DNA of 32,692 bases from sequence record SRR22947727_793, one strand, 5' to 3'. The notes beneath the pieces are model-generated. The model was not told where the DNA came from and made no database searches. It worked only from the letters and a program-made list of their open reading frames with translations. Each line of letters opens with the position of its first letter. The stretch's first letter is position 1. Below, piece after piece: positions 1-8,757 of the stretch. The position numbers were made by a program, and so were the translations under genes.

Positions 1-1824
1 GTCACCACCCTCTTCTTGACTGGCCTTATAAATCGCCTCGCCCAGTTTCATGGCGGCTTCCGTTACGTTTTGAACGCCAGATTTAATTTTTGCGGCATTA
101 TCGGTTTCAAGATCATCCTTCAACGCCACAATCGCCAACTCGATCGCTTCGATTGTTGTTGGATCGACCTTGTCAGCGTGCTCTTCCATCGACTTCTCTG
201 TGGAATGGATCATGCTTTCCGCTTGGTTTTTAGCTTCAATCAGCTCACGGCGCTCTTTGTCTGACTCGGCGTTTTCTTCCGCTTCGCGCACCATATTATC
301 GATGTCTTCATCCGACAATCCACCCGAGGCTTGGATGGTAATGGTTTGCTCTTTACCGGTGCCTTTATCTTTCGCCGCCACCGACACAATCCCGTTGGCG
401 TCAATGTCAAAGGTTACCTCAATCTGCGGCATACCGCGCGGGGCCGGAGGAATATTTTCAAGGTTAAATTCGCCCAGAATTTTGTTATCCTGCGCCATTT
501 CACGCTCGCCTTGGAAAACCCGAATGGTCACAGCACCCTGATTGTCTTCCGCGGTTGAGAACACCTGCGATTTCTTGGTGGGGATTGTTGTGTTGCGGTC
601 GATCAACCGCGTGAACACCCCGCCCAAGGTTTCGATACCCAAAGACAAAGGCGTCACATCCAGTAGAACAACATCTTTTACATCGCCCTGCAAAACGCCG
701 GCTTGGATCGCCGCACCCATCGCCACAACTTCATCCGGGTTCACCCCTTTATGCGGCTCTTTGCCAAAGAACTTGCTGACTTCTTCATGCACCTTGGGCA
801 TGCGGGTCATACCGCCGACCAAGACCACTTCATCAATATCGCTGGTGCTCAGCCCGGCATCTTTCAAAGCCGCCTGACAAGGTTTCATAGAGGCTTTGAT
901 CAAATCGCCCACAAGGCTTTCCAATTTCGCACGCGTGAGTTTCATCACCATATGCAATGGCTGACCAGTGCTGGCATCCATCGAAATAAACGGTTGGTTG
1001 ATTTCGGTTTGCGTGGCCGATGACAGTTCAATCTTGGCCTTCTCGGCCGCTTCTTTCAGCCGCTGTAGCGCCATCTTATCTTTTGAAAGATCAACGCCGT
1101 TTTCTTTTTTGAACTCATCCGCAAGATAATTCACGATGCGCATGTCGAAATCTTCACCACCCAAAAACGTATCGCCATTGGTAGATTTCACTTCGAACAA
1201 GCCATCATCGATTTCAAGAATGGTCACATCGAATGTACCACCGCCAAGATCATACACCGCAATAATTTTGGTTTCTTTTTTATCCAAACCATAGGCCAAC
1301 GCGGCCGCTGTGGGTTCGTTGATAATCCGCAGCACTTCCAAACCGGCAATTTTTCCAGCGTCTTTTGTGGCCTGGCGCTGCGCGTCATTGAAATAGGCAG
1401 GCACTGTGATCACGGCTTGCGTCACATCCTCGCCCAGATAAGCTTCTGCTGTTTCCTTCATCTTTTGCAAAATAAAGGCGGAAATCTGGCTCGGGCTATA
1501 GGTCTCGTCTTGGGCTTTTACCCAGGCATCGCCATTGCCACCATCCACCACCGCAAAGGGCAGGTTCTTTTTATCTTTTGCCAAATCTGCGTCATCATTA
1601 CGCCGCCCAATCAATCGTTTCACACCAAAAATGGTGTTTTCAGGGTTCGTAACGGCTTGGCGCTTGGCGGGCTGGCCAACTAAACGTTCGGCATCTGTAA
1701 AGGCAACAATTGACGGTGTGGTGCGTGCGCCTTCAGCGTTTTCAATCACCCGAGGCTGCGCCCCGTCCATAATTGAAATACAGCTGTTGGTCGTTCCAAG
1801 ATCAATTCCGATAACTTTGGCCAT
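1..1824 (-). CDS. dnaK: Molecular chaperone DnaK (Hsp70); 3' end runs off the window
   Basis: ATG at 1824 reads [15 protein letters not shown]; also [32 protein letters not shown] and [12 protein letters not shown]-like AAGAGGGA upstream. Absent from the ORF track because the stop lies outside the window. Confidence 0.98.
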   Translation of the reverse strand, partial: MAKVIGIDLGTTNSCISIMDGAQPRVIENAEGARTTPSIVAFTDAERLVGQPAKRQAVTNPENTIFGVKRLIGRRNDDADLAKDKKNLPFAVVDGGNGDAWVKAQDETYSPSQISAFILQKMKETAEAYLGEDVTQAVITVPAYFNDAQRQATKDAGKIAGLEVLRIINEPTAAALAYGLDKKETKIIAVYDLGGGTFDVTILEIDDGLFEVKSTNGDTFLGGEDFDMRIVNYLADEFKKENGVDLSKDKMALQRLKEAAEKAKIELSSATQTEINQPFISMDASTGQPLHMVMKLTRAKLESLVGDLIKASMKPCQAALKDAGLSTSDIDEVVLVGGMTRMPKVHEEVSKFFGKEPHKGVNPDEVVAMGAAIQAGVLQGDVKDVVLLDVTPLSLGIETLGGVFTRLIDRNTTIPTKKSQVFSTAEDNQGAVTIRVFQGEREMAQDNKILGEFNLENIPPAPRGMPQIEVTFDIDANGIVSVAAKDKGTGKEQTITIQASGGLSDEDIDNMVREAEENAESDKERRELIEAKNQAESMIHSTEKSMEEHADKVDPTTIEAIELAIVALKDDLETDNAAKIKSGVQNVTEAAMKLGEAIYKASQEEGGD

Positions 1825-1929
1825 AAATTTGATCCCTCTTCAATTTAGGCGATACGACCAACGTCAACCCATGCGGTTTTGGCGCGGCGTACTAAATGTT
1901 TGCGTAAATGCGCAAATCTGCGCCGTGTG

Positions 1930-1959
1930 TATATAGGCAGGGGGTTTGCGACCTGCAAG
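1930..1959 (-). promoter_or_regulatory. RpoH (sigma32)-type heat-shock promoter of dnaK
   Basis: Minus strand reads CTTG-N18-CCTATATA about 105 bp upstream of the dnaK ATG, matching the alphaproteobacterial RpoH consensus (CTTG-N17/18-CYTATNT). Confidence 0.8.
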
Positions 1960-2043
1960 CTTTCACAAGGCCAAGAATGCTTAAATTTAAATAAAATTTT
2001 GATTTAATTGACTTTTTCGTACAAATTAAACGCAAAAATAGCA

Positions 2044-2522
2044 CTAAATCTTTGCCAGCCAGCTCGAAGACGCCTCTGTCGGGTATAATATTCGCGTATG
2101 AAGCCAAGCATCAGCAAGCCTAAAGAAAAATATAAGGGGTAAAAAAGATCGCTGTTGCGGGGCTGATAGTTTATAAATGCAAAGCCGCGGGCCTGATCAA
2201 TCACATGAAATAGCGGGTTCCAGGTAAACATCACCAAAACCGATCCCGGCAAACTATTGGCGACAAACATCTTACCCGATGCAACCATATTCAGGCGTTG
2301 AAATACGGTTTGCACCAACATGACCATATCGGGAGCCCAAGGCTTTAATGCATAAATCACCAAACCGATCGCGCATCCGGAAAACCACGCGAGCACAAAC
2401 ATCATGAACGCGCCAAGCGGCTGTTCGATCACAAAAGGCGTAAAGGCAAGGTAATAAAATCCAAGAATAACGATAATAGAGAGCAGCTGCATATAAAAAG
2501 AACCCAATGCCGGTATTGGAAC
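2044..2522 (-). pseudogene. Remnant of a KpsM/Wzm-like ABC-2 polysaccharide export permease (C-terminal part only, frameshifted near the 3' end)
   Basis: Hydrophobic ORF with SGKMFVAN and WNPLFHVIDQARGFAF (ABC-2 permease NPL.H motif). An in-frame TGA lies about 12 codons upstream of the TTG at 2507, and there is no N-terminal half. After EYYTRQ an alternative frame gives ASSSWLAKI* (stop 2044-2046), which looks like the natural end. Confidence 0.7.
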
Positions 2523-2673
2523 CAGAGGCGTCTTTGGCTTGGCTCACGGCCATTTACGACCAAAACTTAGAAAATCACCTGCAAGATATCTATCAACAGG
2601 ATTATCTGTCATTCGGGTTTGGAGCCTGGAGCTCAACGTAAATCAAACGATGGCTCCACCGGCACTAAAGCGT

Positions 2674-3138
2674 TTAAGCGGCCTTCATCGTTTGGGCCTC
2701 GGTCAATAAGGCATAAAGCGTTTTGCTATTCGGATTGGCCCTCAGCTTGTTGCGCAGATCCATATCGCGCAACAGCCGCGACACTTTTGCCAATGCGCTT
2801 AAATGCTCAAACCCTGCATTTTGCGGTGCAAACAACGCAAACACGATATCAACCGGCAATTGATCCACGGCATCAAACATCACCGGAGTTTCCAGCAAGA
2901 TGAAACTGCCCATTACCCGCTCAACGCCCGGCAGGCGGGCATGCGGCAAAGCCACACCATTGCCCACACCGGTCGGACCCAAGCTTTCGCGCTCTTGCAG
3001 CGCGGCGACGGTATCGCCAGCATCCAAACCCAGCGCAGACTGCGCCAAATCGCCCAACGCCGCAATCAGCCGCTTTTTGCTAGACACCTTGGACATCACC
3101 CGCACCGCTTCTGGCCGCAGAAGATCAAACAATTCCAT
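2674..3138 (-). CDS. ptsN: PTS IIA-like nitrogen regulatory protein (EIIA-Ntr)
   Basis: RESLGPTGVGNGVALPHAR phospho-His motif; follows hpf; likely start is ATG 3138 (MELFDLL). Confidence 0.95.
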   Translation of the reverse strand: MELFDLLRPEAVRVMSKVSSKKRLIAALGDLAQSALGLDAGDTVAALQERESLGPTGVGNGVALPHARLPGVERVMGSFILLETPVMFDAVDQLPVDIVFALFAPQNAGFEHLSALAKVSRLLRDMDLRNKLRANPNSKTLYALLTEAQTMKAA

Positions 3139-3177
3139 TTCGCAATTCCCTAAATTCACGCTAATCCAGCGCCGATG

Positions 3178-3744
3178 TTATCGTGGTTCAATCCACCCTA
3201 TATTTCCATCGTCGCGCCGATACACCACATTAACGCTGTTTTTTCCTTCGGTTCGAAACATCAAGAACGTAGAGCCTTTGAGTTCCATTTGCATCACCGC
3301 CTCACCCACAGAGAGCGACGCAATATCATATTCAGTTTCCGCTATAATCACTGGCTCCAAGCTCTCAGGCTCAGCGTCATCGATGCCGGAATCGTTGGCG
3401 AGGGTATAAGAGGCTGCTTGAGAAAGTTCAACCGGTTCGCTGCGCTCTTTATGATGGTTCTTTAAACGCCGCTTATAACGGCGTAATTGCTTCTCTAATT
3501 TCTCATTACAGGCATCAAATGCTGCATAGATTTCAGTATCATGCGCCTTAGCCTGCGCGGTCAAACCGGATGAGAGATGCAAGGTCGCCTCACAAACAAA
3601 CTCATGCGCATTTCTGGAAAATATCACCGTGGCATCGGTGGCCCGCTGCGCGTATTTATCGATAACAACGCCTAACGCCTCCTTTGCATGCGTTTGTAAC
3701 GATACTCCAATGTCGATTTGTTTGCCTGAAATTTGATACCGCAT
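3178..3744 (-). CDS. hpf: Long ribosome hibernation promoting factor (HPF/RaiA)
   Basis: MRYQISGKQIDIG, LEKQLRRYKRRLK and the C-terminal dimerisation domain EAVMQMEL..NVVYRRDDGNIGWIEP. Confidence 0.95.
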   Translation of the reverse strand: MRYQISGKQIDIGVSLQTHAKEALGVVIDKYAQRATDATVIFSRNAHEFVCEATLHLSSGLTAQAKAHDTEIYAAFDACNEKLEKQLRRYKRRLKNHHKERSEPVELSQAASYTLANDSGIDDAEPESLEPVIIAETEYDIASLSVGEAVMQMELKGSTFLMFRTEGKNSVNVVYRRDDGNIGWIEPR

Positions 3745-3900
3745 AGAGACCCCTTATCTAGAAATTAAAGTCATAAGATTGTGTTAAGATTATGGTAGGC
3801 AACAGCATTGCCGACGATGGCGCTATGGCCTTACGTCAAAGCCGATAAGCGGCTTTCTTCCCTGCAACAGACTCAGCTGTAATCGGTTGCATTATCATCT

Positions 3901-3929
3901 ATTGAAGGCGACACAGGCGTCTGTGTCAA
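3901..3929 (-). promoter_or_regulatory. Candidate sigma70 promoter for hpf-ptsN overlapped by a palindrome
   Basis: Minus strand TTGACA(3929-3924)-N17-TTCAAT(3906-3901); inverted repeat GACACAG-N4-CTGTGTC at 3910-3927. Confidence 0.5.
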
Positions 3930-3963
3930 TGGGCAGGAGCAAAAATCCGCCGCTAAAACGCGG

Positions 3964-4737
3964 CTATCGCATCCGAAACGCATCGCCCAAATAAACTTGG
4001 CGTACATTGTCATTTTGCACTACATCTTCTGGTTTGCCAGACGTCAAAACCTTGCCATCGTGCAAAATATAAACCCGATCAACCAGTTCAAGCGTTTCCC
4101 GAACATTATGGTCGGTGATCAACACACCAATTCCGCGCGATTTCAAATCCGTGACCAATTGCCGGATTTCCCCAACAGCGATCGGATCAACCCCGGCAAA
4201 GGGCTCATCCAAAAGCAAATATTTTGGATTGGCGGCCAAACAGCGGGCGATTTCAACGCGTCGCCTTTCGCCGCCCGATAAAGCAATGGCGGGCGTGCGC
4301 CGCAAATGCTCGATTGAAAACTCAGCAAGAAGCTCTTCCAGCCTTTCGCGCCGTTTATGACGATCGCCAATTGCGATATCCAGAATAGCCCCGATATTCT
4401 GTTCAACGTTTAAGCCGCGAAAAATCGAGATTTCTTGCGGTAAATAGCCAATTCCCATCCGCGCCCGCCGATACATCGGCAGCGCCGTGATATCATCACC
4501 ATCGATGCTCACTTTTCCGCCATCAGCAGAGACTAAGCCAGCCACTGCGTAAAATGTTGTGGTTTTTCCAGATCCGTTCGGACCCAACAAACCCACAACC
4601 TCACCGCGCTGTAAAGACATTGATACATCCCGAATAACCACACGCTTTCGGTAGCTTTTTCGTAAGCCGTGGATTTTTAAACCGATTTCGGGGTTCTCGC
4701 TAGCCAACTCTGCAATATGGGCCTCCGGCTCAGTCAT
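3964..4737 (-). CDS. lptB: LPS export ABC transporter ATP-binding protein
   Basis: Walker A GPNGSGKTT, GIGYLPQE, LSGGERRRVEIAR, LLDEPFAGVDP, LITDHNVRETL, YLG; follows lptA. Confidence 0.97.
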   Translation of the reverse strand: MTEPEAHIAELASENPEIGLKIHGLRKSYRKRVVIRDVSMSLQRGEVVGLLGPNGSGKTTTFYAVAGLVSADGGKVSIDGDDITALPMYRRARMGIGYLPQEISIFRGLNVEQNIGAILDIAIGDRHKRRERLEELLAEFSIEHLRRTPAIALSGGERRRVEIARCLAANPKYLLLDEPFAGVDPIAVGEIRQLVTDLKSRGIGVLITDHNVRETLELVDRVYILHDGKVLTSGKPEDVVQNDNVRQVYLGDAFRMR

Positions 4738-5230
4738 CGCCGGTTCCCAAAACGGTTTTCACACGGCCGCTCAGCGTCGCCGCGCCCGTTTCAAGATTGA
4801 TTTCAGCCCGTTCGGCAGACAGATTATTTCCCGCCTGTCGCACAAAAACATTGCCCGTCATGATGATTTGGTCTGAATCGACCGCATATTCAGCGCGATC
4901 GGCTTTGGCTTCGTCTTCACCAGACCGCAAAATAACCTCGCCCGTTGCCAGAAGCGTTTCTATGGCGCCGCTTCCCGGCGTGTACGTCGCTTGCACAAAA
5001 TCGGCGTTCAGGGATAAATCTCCTTGCAAAATTTCAACCATCCCGCTGAATTCCGTAACCCCGGTCTCATCATTAATGGCCAATTGATCCGCAGAAATTT
5101 CAATCGGCTTTTCACGATCCGCCACGACAGATCCAAACCCCGTGGCGCCCTGCTGCGCAATTGCCACTCCGATGAACGCCCAGCCAACAAGACCAAAAAT
5201 AACTGCTTTATTCACGCCATACTCTTTCAA
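4730..5230 (-). CDS. lptA: LptA/OstA-family periplasmic LPS transport protein
   Basis: Signal peptide, PIEISADQL, G.V...QG...L.AD beta-jellyroll pattern, GRVKTV; lies between lptC and lptB. Confidence 0.9.
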   Translation of the reverse strand: MKEYGVNKAVIFGLVGWAFIGVAIAQQGATGFGSVVADREKPIEISADQLAINDETGVTEFSGMVEILQGDLSLNADFVQATYTPGSGAIETLLATGEVILRSGEDEAKADRAEYAVDSDQIIMTGNVFVRQAGNNLSAERAEINLETGAATLSGRVKTVLGTGDD

Positions 5231-5832
5231 TTTTTAGGGTCGTATAGCAGTTTAATACCACCTTTGAAAATAATTTGCAGGCTTTGCGTGGCCTCTTCAC
5301 GAAAAATTTCCATTTCCCCTGCCGATAAACTGCCATTTGGAGCCCTACCTTCAACTGGCCCCTCGGCACGCAACCATGTTTTACTGAGCTTAACCAAAAC
5401 TTTGGGGCTGCTCACCCGATAGCCCGCATCGCTGATGACCTCGACCAATTGATCGACAACCAATTCATCTTTTTCAACCTGATAGCTTCCCAAGCCCGCC
5501 GTAAGCCGTATCTGCCGAGCCTCACGAGGCTTGAGAAGCAGCGCTATATCTTCGACCAAAACCGTATCCTCTTTGGCAGGATCTGGTAGGATCTGACGGG
5601 CCGAAAGGCTGACACTGTCACCTCCCGCTGTCACCCCAGAATAATAGGGGGCGGTTATTTTCTGATCTGAAATTAAATCAAGCCGCTTGGCTTCGGAAAA
5701 AGGCAATTGGCTTTGCGTGGGCATCGGCTTTGAAATCAAGAATAAAGTTGCCAAAAGCCCCAAAGCGCTGAGCGGTAGCACAATTTTTAAGGCTACGATC
5801 AACGGGGAATAAGAGACTTTAGGCTCTGCCAT
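5227..5832 (-). CDS. lptC: LptC-family LPS export protein
   Basis: Single N-terminal TM helix (LKIVLPLSALGLLATLFL), P.YSG.T..G, C-terminal FKGGIKLLY.P; start ATG 5832; overlaps lptA by 4 bp. Confidence 0.8.
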   Translation of the reverse strand: MAEPKVSYSPLIVALKIVLPLSALGLLATLFLISKPMPTQSQLPFSEAKRLDLISDQKITAPYYSGVTAGGDSVSLSARQILPDPAKEDTVLVEDIALLLKPREARQIRLTAGLGSYQVEKDELVVDQLVEVISDAGYRVSSPKVLVKLSKTWLRAEGPVEGRAPNGSLSAGEMEIFREEATQSLQIIFKGGIKLLYDPKN

Positions 5833-5858
5833 ACTGTTTCGTGTAAACGGTTTTGAAG

Positions 5859-6470
5859 TTAATGTGCAAAAATATCGACCTCGGGCCAGCCCGCAAGATC
5901 TAATTGCGCGCGCGTTGGTAAAAACGAAAAGCACCGCGCTGCCAGATCGCTGCGATTTTCACGCGCCAAGCGTGTGTCCAATGCGATGCGCAACTGATGC
6001 AGGTAAAGAACGTCAGATGCGGCATAATCCAACTGTGCGTCGCTTAATGTTTCAGCCCCCCAATCCGATGATTGCTGAAATTTTGAGATATCAACCGAAA
6101 GCAATTCCTGCAAAAGGTTCTTAAGCCCGTGCCGATCTGTATAGGTGCGGATCAATTTACTGGCGATTTTTGTGCAATAAACGGGCTCTGCCAAGGCTCC
6201 GAATGCGTGATACATCGCCGCAATATCAAACCGACCAAAATGAAACAGCTTCAAAACATCTCTATCTTCAAGCAAGGCGCAAAGATTTGGCGCGGGCGCA
6301 GCCTCAGCTGCGATTTGCACCAAATGCGCATTGCCGTCGCCGCCCGAAAGCTGCACCAAGCACAGCCGATCACGATGCGGGTTCAAGCCCATCGTTTCGC
6401 AATCAATCGCGACCACCGTGCCCAAATCCAATTCATCGGGCAAATCGTCTTTGTAGAAAAAATTGGCCAC
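5859..6470 (-). CDS. rnd: Ribonuclease D-like 3'-5' exonuclease (short alphaproteobacterial form)
   Basis: DEDDy motifs AIDCETMG, LFHFGRFD, QSSDW, YAASDV; ends DIFAH. Confidence 0.92.
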   Translation of the reverse strand: MANFFYKDDLPDELDLGTVVAIDCETMGLNPHRDRLCLVQLSGGDGNAHLVQIAAEAAPAPNLCALLEDRDVLKLFHFGRFDIAAMYHAFGALAEPVYCTKIASKLIRTYTDRHGLKNLLQELLSVDISKFQQSSDWGAETLSDAQLDYAASDVLYLHQLRIALDTRLARENRSDLAARCFSFLPTRAQLDLAGWPEVDIFAH

Positions 6471-6735
6471 GCCCCTGCTCCTGTAAAAACCGCGCTGTCA
6501 AGGCACCCATAAAGGCAATCGCTAAGCCCCGCAACTGTTTGCGACTTCTGTTTTGCGCCACGCAACCCGCGCCTGCGGCCGCGCAAATTTAACCACAATG
6601 CATAGCCCGCGCCGAAAACCTTCAAAAATTGTTTTCGACCAAAGCCTTGAACAATAACAAGCTTATGGGCCATCATCGGCTTATCGCATTCGGGCTGAAG
6701 GCTTGATGTGCATAAGCTTAAATAGGGGGAAGGTT

Positions 6736-7551
6736 ATGCTTCCATCGAACCTTTTTGATTTGACTGGCAAAACCGCTCTTGTAACGGGCGGTGCAACAGG
6801 GATCGGAAAAATGGCGGCAACGGGATTGGCCGCGGCGGGCGCCAGCGTGTTTATTGCCAGCCGTAAGGGCGAAGATTGCCGCAAAACCGCTGCCGACATA
6901 AATGCGCTGAATTTCTCCGGATCGGTGGAAGGCTTCGCCGCGGATATCGCCACTCAAACGGGCATTGAAGCCTTGATAAACGAAGTACAAAAAAGAACCG
7001 CACGGTTAAATATATTGCTGAACAATGCTGGGCGCAGCTGGGGCGCACCGCTGGGCGCCTTCCCGCATGACGCTTGGGGCAAAGTGCTTGATTTGAACGT
7101 CACGGGTATGTTTCACCTTACGCAAGGCCTGATCGAGATTTTGGCAGCCTCGGCGCAGCCAGATGATCCATCGCGCGTGATCAATCTGGGCAGCGTGATG
7201 GGCGAAATCCCGATGGGTGATCAAGCCTATTCCTATTCTGTTTCGAAAGCCGGCGTACATCACATGACCAAGATTTTGGCCAAAGAGCTTGGTGCGCGCC
7301 AGATCACCGTCAATGCTTTAGCACCAGGGCCCTTTCAATCGGGTATGACCAAATTTGCCATTGGTGAAGACAAGGGCAGCGCCCGGGTGGCGGCGCGGGT
7401 TCCGGCGGGCCGGTTGGGGCGCCCCGAAGATATGGCAGGCGCCATTCAATTTTTATGCGGCGCCGGAGGCGCGTATATAACGGGGGCCATATTGCCGCTA
7501 TCAGGCGGGATAAACGTTGCCACAGGCCCCTCAATATTTGGAGAGGATTAG
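6736..7551 (+). CDS. Short-chain dehydrogenase/reductase (RhlG-like classical SDR)
   Basis: TGGATGIG, NNAG, catalytic S...YSVSK; SD-like GGGGGAAGG before ATG 6736. Confidence 0.9.
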   Translation: MLPSNLFDLTGKTALVTGGATGIGKMAATGLAAAGASVFIASRKGEDCRKTAADINALNFSGSVEGFAADIATQTGIEALINEVQKRTARLNILLNNAGRSWGAPLGAFPHDAWGKVLDLNVTGMFHLTQGLIEILAASAQPDDPSRVINLGSVMGEIPMGDQAYSYSVSKAGVHHMTKILAKELGARQITVNALAPGPFQSGMTKFAIGEDKGSARVAARVPAGRLGRPEDMAGAIQFLCGAGGAYITGAILPLSGGINVATGPSIFGED

Positions 7552-7554
7552 CCG

Positions 7555-8010
7555 ATGCGCCGCCTCTCACGGAAAGCGTTTAAAGCCTGTCTAGGGCAAA
7601 CATTTGCCCCCTCCCGCTGGTTTCAGATTGATCAATCGCGCATCGATGCTTTCGCGGCCACCACCGATGATCATCAATTCATCCATGTTGATCCAGAGGC
7701 CGCCGCGCAAACGCAATTTGCGGGAACCATCGCGCATGGGTTTTTGACCCTATCGATGCTTTCAGCAATGTATTATGATGCCGTGCCCGCGATAGACGGC
7801 GCCGAACTCGGCGTGAATTACGGGTTTAATAAGCTGCGGTTTCTGTCACCTGTGAAAGCCGGGGCTTATGTGCGTGGACATTTCACTCTGACCACTGTGC
7901 GCCAAATAAAAGACGATCAACTCACCAACATCTGGGATGTCAGCGTTGAAATCAGAGGCCAAGAGCGCCCGGCCTTGGTGGCTGAATGGATTGGGCAACA
8001 ATATTTTTAA
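7555..8010 (+). CDS. MaoC/NodN-family (R)-specific enoyl-CoA hydratase
   Basis: Hydratase-2 motif FAATTDDHQFIHVDP..TIAHGFLTLS and NYGFNKLRFLSPV. Confidence 0.9.
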   Translation: MRRLSRKAFKACLGQTFAPSRWFQIDQSRIDAFAATTDDHQFIHVDPEAAAQTQFAGTIAHGFLTLSMLSAMYYDAVPAIDGAELGVNYGFNKLRFLSPVKAGAYVRGHFTLTTVRQIKDDQLTNIWDVSVEIRGQERPALVAEWIGQQYF

Positions 8011-8081
8011 CGCAGCGCCCAAAACAACCTGCCGTCCGCAGGCATAACTGGGCCCGCTGATGAAAAGCTAAAAGGGGTTGA

Positions 8082-8747
8082 ATGGCCGAGCTTTACCTAA
8101 TTCGCCATGCGCAAGCCAGTTTTGGCGCAGAGAACTATGATCAATTATCCGACCTTGGCCATCAACAAAGCCAAAGCTTGGGCAAGGCCTTGGCCGATCA
8201 AGGCGTAAGCCCAGATCTTTTCTACGCGGGTGATATGCAGCGCCACCGCGAAACTTTAGAGGGTATTCAAGCCGGGCTGGGGCATAAAAAAAGCCCCTTT
8301 ATTCTTCATACTGGTTTGAATGAATTTGATTTCACCGGGCTTCTAAACGCCCGGTTTCGCAAAGGCGGAGCGCCAGCGCTGATGCATAAAGACCGCAAAG
8401 TGCATTTCAAAACTCTGCGCGACACGGTTTTGGCTTGGCAGCAAAACCAAATCGAAGATCCACCAGAAAGCTGGGGCGTATTTTGCGCTCGGGTCGAAGC
8501 GGCGCGCCAAGCGATGATGATCGAAGGGCCCAAAACCGTGCTGGCAGTCAGCTCGGGGGGCGTGATTGCTCAAATGATCGCCGCGCTGTTGCAAACGCCC
8601 GCCAAACAGCAGATAAAATTGCAACTTCAATTGAAGAATTGCGCGGTCAATCGGTTTATTTTCTCGGCGCGCTCTACCTATCTTCACGGGTTTAATGAAA
8701 CCCCGCATATCACCGCAGCCACCGCGCCGCTTTTATCTTACAGTTGA
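8082..8747 (+). CDS. Histidine phosphatase (PGM-like) family protein
   Basis: LIRHAQASFGAENYDQLS, R..ET, LNEFD, VSSGGVI. Confidence 0.88.
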   Translation: MAELYLIRHAQASFGAENYDQLSDLGHQQSQSLGKALADQGVSPDLFYAGDMQRHRETLEGIQAGLGHKKSPFILHTGLNEFDFTGLLNARFRKGGAPALMHKDRKVHFKTLRDTVLAWQQNQIEDPPESWGVFCARVEAARQAMMIEGPKTVLAVSSGGVIAQMIAALLQTPAKQQIKLQLQLKNCAVNRFIFSARSTYLHGFNETPHITAATAPLLSYS

Positions 8748-8757
8748 GGCTTTTCAG

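Noticed and set aside
16-1936. Series of plus-strand ORFs opposite dnaK
   Set aside because: Antisense shadows of a highly biased conserved gene, a well-known artefact for dnaK; no independent motifs.
2272-2613. 93-aa minus-strand ORF (2272-2553) and a 19-codon ORF MTDNPVDRYL... just upstream
   Set aside because: The first overlaps the permease remnant in another frame; neither has a recognisable motif or clear SD.
3773-3787. ATAA-N7-TTAA upstream of hpf, and TTAA-N6-TTAA at 23401 and 30947
   Set aside because: Mismatch or wrong spacing for a CtrA box, in AT-rich sequence where such matches arise by chance.
3745-3963. Absence of rpoN between lptB and hpf as a novelty
   Set aside because: As far as I know this is common in Rhodobacteraceae, and I saw no rpoN remnant in the spacer.
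5833-5934. Extended N-termini in the ORF track (lptC, ptsN, kinase, reductase, marR, mrpE, D3, both methyltransferases)
   Set aside because: They overlap neighbouring genes or lack SD sites; downstream starts fit family N-termini better.
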